Origin: Bacilli bacterium
Lineage (GTDB): Bacteria > Bacillota_I > Bacilli_A > RF39 > UBA660
Assembly: GCA_022791215.1 (NCBI GenBank)
Contig: JAAVYQ010000036.1
Location: forward strand, 1 to 29,892
Reading direction: 5' to 3'
DNA: 29,892 nucleotides
In this document: positions 26,435-29,892 of the stretch, in pieces
How the letters are laid out: each line of letters starts with the position of its first letter
How positions within the stretch are numbered: position 1 is the first letter of the stretch
The notes under the pieces: generated by a model
The model's input: the letters and a program-made list of their open reading frames with translations, nothing else
What the model was told of the DNA's origin: nothing
The model's database searches: none
Translations under genes and position numbers: made by a program

Positions 26435-27106
26435 GTGTATATGGAAACATTAAGTATATTAGTAATTATATTTTTACCCTTAATCGCACAACTATATATA
26501 AGTCTCACATACAAAACAAGTCTAAAAAAAGAAGCAAGCAAAGAACAAACAGGATTTGATGTAGCGAGACAAATACTAGACAAACATGGATTACAGGATG
26601 TCTTAATATTAGAAACAAATGGAACATTAACAGATCACTACGATCCATCAAGAAAAGTAGTAAAACTATCAAAAAACATATATAGAGGGACAAATATAGC
26701 TGCTAACGCAGTAGCAGCACATGAAGTTGGACATGCCATACAAGACAAAGAAGGTTACACATTTTTAAAAATAAGAAGTCTAATATTCCCAATAGTAAGC
26801 ATAACATCAAGATTATCTTACATAATAATACTATTAGGATTCTTCTTCGAAGCAACAAACCTAATATGGCTAGGAATAATAACTGTAGGAATAGGCGTAA
26901 TATTTCAAATAATAACATTACCAGTAGAATTTAATGCATCAAGCCGAGCATTAATCGAACTAAATGAATTAAACCTAGTAAACGAAAAAGACTTAGCAGA
27001 CATGAGGAAAATGCTTTCGGCAGCAGCATTTACTTATGTAGCAAGTACAATAGCAGAAATATTCCAACTAATGAGACTAATAAACATGGTAAACGATAGA
27101 AACTGA
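26435..27106 (+). CDS. Putative neutral zinc metallopeptidase (YugP-like)
   Basis: LTDHYDP, AAHEVGHAIQ, TLPVEFNASSRA, AAAFTYVA. Confidence 0.9.
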   Translation: MYMETLSILVIIFLPLIAQLYISLTYKTSLKKEASKEQTGFDVARQILDKHGLQDVLILETNGTLTDHYDPSRKVVKLSKNIYRGTNIAANAVAAHEVGHAIQDKEGYTFLKIRSLIFPIVSITSRLSYIIILLGFFFEATNLIWLGIITVGIGVIFQIITLPVEFNASSRALIELNELNLVNEKDLADMRKMLSAAAFTYVASTIAEIFQLMRLINMVNDRN

Positions 27107-28277
27107 AAACCTCAGTTTTTTTCTTTACACTTAAAACAAAAGATTTAAGAACGCTATAAAACTTAAACAAATATCTATAAAGCAAATAATAAATATAATT
27201 AACAACTAGATCAAATTCTCCAATATATTCCACTACATAACCACCAAATCCACGTTTAAATTCATAAATACCATAACTTTTAGAATCCTTATTAAAATCC
27301 CCACTAATACCACCAAAATCATAAACAGAAAGATTATTACTCAAAGCATAATTAATCATTAAAAACTGCATCTTATACTGAAAATTAAAAGCCATATAAT
27401 CCTTAAAAGTCCCACCATAAACATAATGCAAACTATTACTATCAACAATAAAAACACCTGCAGTTACTGGAATAAAATCTCTATTATCCATTTTAATCTT
27501 ATCATATAACTTATCACCTTCAAACGATTTAAGAAACTCGTCCCTAACAAGATAAATAATAAGTAACTTTGCTTTCTCTCTAAAAGACTTCATAATTTGC
27601 ACATAATAATCCAAAGAACGGTCGTAACAATTATGTCTATTACAAGTATGCTCCATAATAGACTTAAAATCCGATAAATTACTATCATCAACTTCCCTAA
27701 CAACATACGGATAAATATCACTCTTTCTAATACATCTCTTGCATCTCTTATCCATACCATCAAACAAATTATAACTCTTATCCAAATTCAAATAAAAAGA
27801 CCACCTAAATTGAATATCATTACTAAACCCAGTAGTAAACCCCATATGCTTATAACCCAAACTTTTTAAAAATTTGACTAACACCATATTATTATTTTCC
27901 CCTACTACATTTCCATTCAAATCCCTATCACAATAAGAAATCAAAGGATCCATCTTAAAGAAAAAACCTCCATTAGACTTAACAAACTTCTTAATATTAA
28001 TTGTAAAAAACTCTAACAAATCCAAATCATTAAAATCACACAAAAAACCTCTAGGAGCATAAAAAATCTTTTTTCCAAAAAAGACATTCTTAGAAAGTAG
28101 CAAAGAAGCAGCAACAAACTTTTCACCATCATAAACAGCAACAAAGAAACTACTCCAACCTGTTAATGATTTCAAACCACCCCAACTTACAGTTTGAAAA
28201 TAACTACTATTAAGAAAATTATTTTCTATATACTTAAATTCTTGTTCCGTAATTAACATAAAAGTTAAATTTCTCAC
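27030..28277 (-). CDS. FemABX/MurM-family peptidoglycan peptidyltransferase
   Basis: YFQTVSWG.LK, YAPRGF, FFKMDP, YVYGG, YDFGGISG, GIYEFKRGFGG...EYIGEFD. GTG start with AGGTGA RBS. Confidence 0.9.
   Translation of the reverse strand: MRNLTFMLITEQEFKYIENNFLNSSYFQTVSWGGLKSLTGWSSFFVAVYDGEKFVAASLLLSKNVFFGKKIFYAPRGFLCDFNDLDLLEFFTINIKKFVKSNGGFFFKMDPLISYCDRDLNGNVVGENNNMVLVKFLKSLGYKHMGFTTGFSNDIQFRWSFYLNLDKSYNLFDGMDKRCKRCIRKSDIYPYVVREVDDSNLSDFKSIMEHTCNRHNCYDRSLDYYVQIMKSFREKAKLLIIYLVRDEFLKSFEGDKLYDKIKMDNRDFIPVTAGVFIVDSNSLHYVYGGTFKDYMAFNFQYKMQFLMINYALSNNLSVYDFGGISGDFNKDSKSYGIYEFKRGFGGYVVEYIGEFDLVVNYIYYLLYRYLFKFYSVLKSFVLSVKKKTEVFSFYRLPCLLVSLVGIFLLLYLLHK
27099..27122. terminator. Intrinsic terminator overlapping the peptidase stop
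   Basis: AAACTGA-AAACC-TCAGTTT-TTTT. Confidence 0.75.
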
Positions 28278-28388
28278 ACAATCACCTACTTTAATAATAA
28301 TAAATAAATTATACTAACTATTAAAAATAAGTGTTTTAACAATTTCTTATAAAATTCTTAAATTTTTATTAACATTAATTTAAAACAT

Positions 28389-28414
28389 AAAAAAACAGCA
28401 TAACTAAATGCTAT
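28389..28414 (-). terminator. Intrinsic terminator after rpsR
   Basis: ATAGCAT-TTAGTT-ATGCTGT-TTTTTT. Confidence 0.8.
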
Positions 28415-28626
28415 TTCACAAATGGAATTAATCCCATAAATCTTGCTCTTTTAACTTGCATAGCAATATATCTTTGATGTTTAGAACAAGCACCTGTCAT
28501 TCTCTTAGGTAGAATTCTACCTCTTTCATTTATATACTTACTAATAATTGGTACATCCTTATAATCAACACTCTTATTAGCACACATTTGACAAATTTTC
28601 TTTTTTCTAGGATAAAAATCCTTCAT
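28411..28626 (-). CDS. rpsR: 30S ribosomal protein S18 (Zn-binding Cys form)
   Basis: RKKKICQMC, DYKD, ERGRILPKRMTGAC, KRAR. Confidence 0.97.
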   Translation of the reverse strand: MKDFYPRKKKICQMCANKSVDYKDVPIISKYINERGRILPKRMTGACSKHQRYIAMQVKRARFMGLIPFVK

Positions 28627-28642
28627 AATATTTCCTCCTCAC

Positions 28643-29128
28643 TTAAAATGGTAAATCATCATCACTTAAAGACACTTCACTACCAAAATTTTTAAATGGA
28701 TCCTCAACAGAAACATCAACTCCCATTTCAGGGCTTGGTTCATCCATATAAACTGAACTTGTAGTATCCACATAAGCATTAACAGGACCTTGAGAAGAAG
28801 AAGCATTATTCTTTCCACTACTCATAAACTCAACATTATCTGCTATAACTTCAGTAACATATCTCTTGCTTCCATCTTGAGCATCATAACTTCTCGTTTG
28901 AATTCTCCCATCACAACCTATTAAACTACCCTTAGTAACATACTTACCTACATTTTCAGCTTGTCTACCAAATACTGAAACATTTATAAAATCGGCATCA
29001 ACATTGCCATCCTTATTTTTAAAAGTTCTATTAATAGCCAAAGAAAACGAAGCCACAGTATTCCCTGTTGGTAAAGTTCTAACCTCTGGATCCCTAGTAA
29101 GTCTTCCCACTAGTATTACTTTATTCAT
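28643..29128 (-). CDS. ssb: Single-stranded DNA-binding protein
   Basis: MNKVILVGRLTRDPE, GRIQTRSY, C-terminal DDDLPF. Confidence 0.98.
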   Translation of the reverse strand: MNKVILVGRLTRDPEVRTLPTGNTVASFSLAINRTFKNKDGNVDADFINVSVFGRQAENVGKYVTKGSLIGCDGRIQTRSYDAQDGSKRYVTEVIADNVEFMSSGKNNASSSQGPVNAYVDTTSSVYMDEPSPEMGVDVSVEDPFKNFGSEVSLSDDDLPF

Positions 29129-29132
29129 ACTA

Positions 29133-29423
29133 CTACACTTCCTCTCTTATAATTAAATGTCTTAAAATCTTTTCATCGATTAAGGCTTTTCTATCAAACT
29201 CTTTGACAGCGTCGCTATTACATTCAACATTAAGTAAGTGATAGTATCCTCTAACTTGTTTCTTAATTTCATAAGCTAATTTCTTTTGTCCCAAATCCTT
29301 AGAACTTTCAATCTTAGCACCCAAATCAGTCAAAACATTTTCAAAAGACTTAACAGTTTCTTTAACTTCATCCTCTGTAATATCAGCTCTTACAATGAAC
29401 ATAATCTCATACTTATTCATCAT
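29133..29423 (-). CDS. rpsF: 30S ribosomal protein S6
   Basis: KYEIMFIV, GQKKLAYEIKK, LRHLII. Confidence 0.97.
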   Translation of the reverse strand: MMNKYEIMFIVRADITEDEVKETVKSFENVLTDLGAKIESSKDLGQKKLAYEIKKQVRGYYHLLNVECNSDAVKEFDRKALIDEKILRHLIIREEV

Positions 29424-29425
29424 TT

Positions 29426-29472
29426 CACCTCCTTATGGTCTAAATGGCTTCTTAATAATAAGAAGCAAGGAG
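29426..29472 (-). promoter_or_regulatory. S6:S18 ribosomal protein leader (autoregulatory RNA)
   Basis: CTCCTTG-[CTTCTTA-TTAT-TAAGAAG]-CCA-TTTAGA-CCA-TAAGGAGG: anti-SD/SD helix, inner hairpin and CCR motifs as in Bacillota rpsF leaders. Confidence 0.8.
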
Positions 29473-29491
29473 CTTTTGCTCTTTCGTTCGT

Positions 29492-29520
29492 ATTATAACA
29501 AATATAACTTCATTTGTCTA
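29492..29520 (-). promoter_or_regulatory. Sigma70-type promoter of rpsF-ssb-rpsR
   Basis: TAGACA-N17-TATAAT with TGn. Confidence 0.75.
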
Positions 29521-29583
29521 GGAAAATAATATGTCAATACGAAAATAAAATGTACAAAAATATAGAAAAAAGAACTCATGTTA

Positions 29584-29892
29584 CTATAAGTTCTTAATCT
29601 TTTTTAACTCATCATAATACATTGTAAGAGACACTGTTGAATAAGGAACTACATAAATAAGTGCAATACCTAAAGTTAACATACAAAGAAAATACCATCC
29701 TATAAAACTTAACATAAACAAAAGAATATCTCCCTTATAACCGTTAGTAAGTCTTTTACTTTCAGAAAGTATATCATTAACAGCAAGATCACAATTATCT
29801 ATTAAGACATAATTACACATAGAATATGATAAATAAGCTATAATTCCTGGTACTACGAATAGAAATGCCCAAAGTACACTAAACAACGATAC
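29584..29892 (-). CDS. DUF975-family membrane protein (3' part; 5' end outside the window)
   Basis: VPGIIAYLSYSM, GYKGDILLFMLSFIGW, TLGI...VVPY, YYDEL. Confidence 0.75.
   Translation of the reverse strand, partial: VSLFSVLWAFLFVVPGIIAYLSYSMCNYVLIDNCDLAVNDILSESKRLTNGYKGDILLFMLSFIGWYFLCMLTLGIALIYVVPYSTVSLTMYYDELKKIKNL

Noticed and set aside
1009-27000. Many antisense or alternate-frame ORFs in the track (e.g. 1009..1422-, 1725..2093-, 2530..2742+, 7704..7979+, 13530..13931+, 19636..20070-, 24500..25204-, 25304..25717-)
   Set aside because: They lie wholly inside well-supported genes, lack an RBS, and have the low-complexity composition expected from shadow frames in skewed DNA.
1-29892. CRISPR arrays, tRNA/rRNA genes, IS elements, integrases, prophage genes, or recoding of TGA as Trp
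   Set aside because: No spaced direct repeats, cloverleafs, or transposase/recombinase motifs were seen. TGA acts as a stop (1450, 8055, 27106) and Trp is TGG.

Overview
An AT-rich chromosomal window from a low-GC Bacillota (Bacilli-like) bacterium using genetic code 11. Small-genome gut lineages such as RF39 are my inference, not shown. Most of it is housekeeping: rplM-rpsI, rpsF-ssb-rpsR with its S6:S18 leader, dusB, T-box-lysS, a ClpC-like ATPase, FemABX, psd-dagK, htrA, NfeD-SPFH, a heterodimeric ABC exporter and desulfoferrodoxin. No tRNA, rRNA, CRISPR array, integrase or transposase was seen. The best leads are not in the ORF track. (1) A ~135-nt structured non-coding transcript (18400-18535) with its own sigma70 promoter and terminator sits tail-to-tail with a frameshifted DUF3800-family gene; the pair interrupts the usual dusB-lysS adjacency. 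(2) A 38-aa double-glycine-leader peptide gene (6591-6707) lies behind a sigmaH-like promoter. (3) The Lys T-box seems to lack an intrinsic terminator and may instead sequester the RBS. Also notable: an AbiF-like HEPN gene coupled to htrA, a ClpC with an eroded second ATPase ring, a hidden +1-frameshifted gene at 14730-15051, and strong strand compositional asymmetry.
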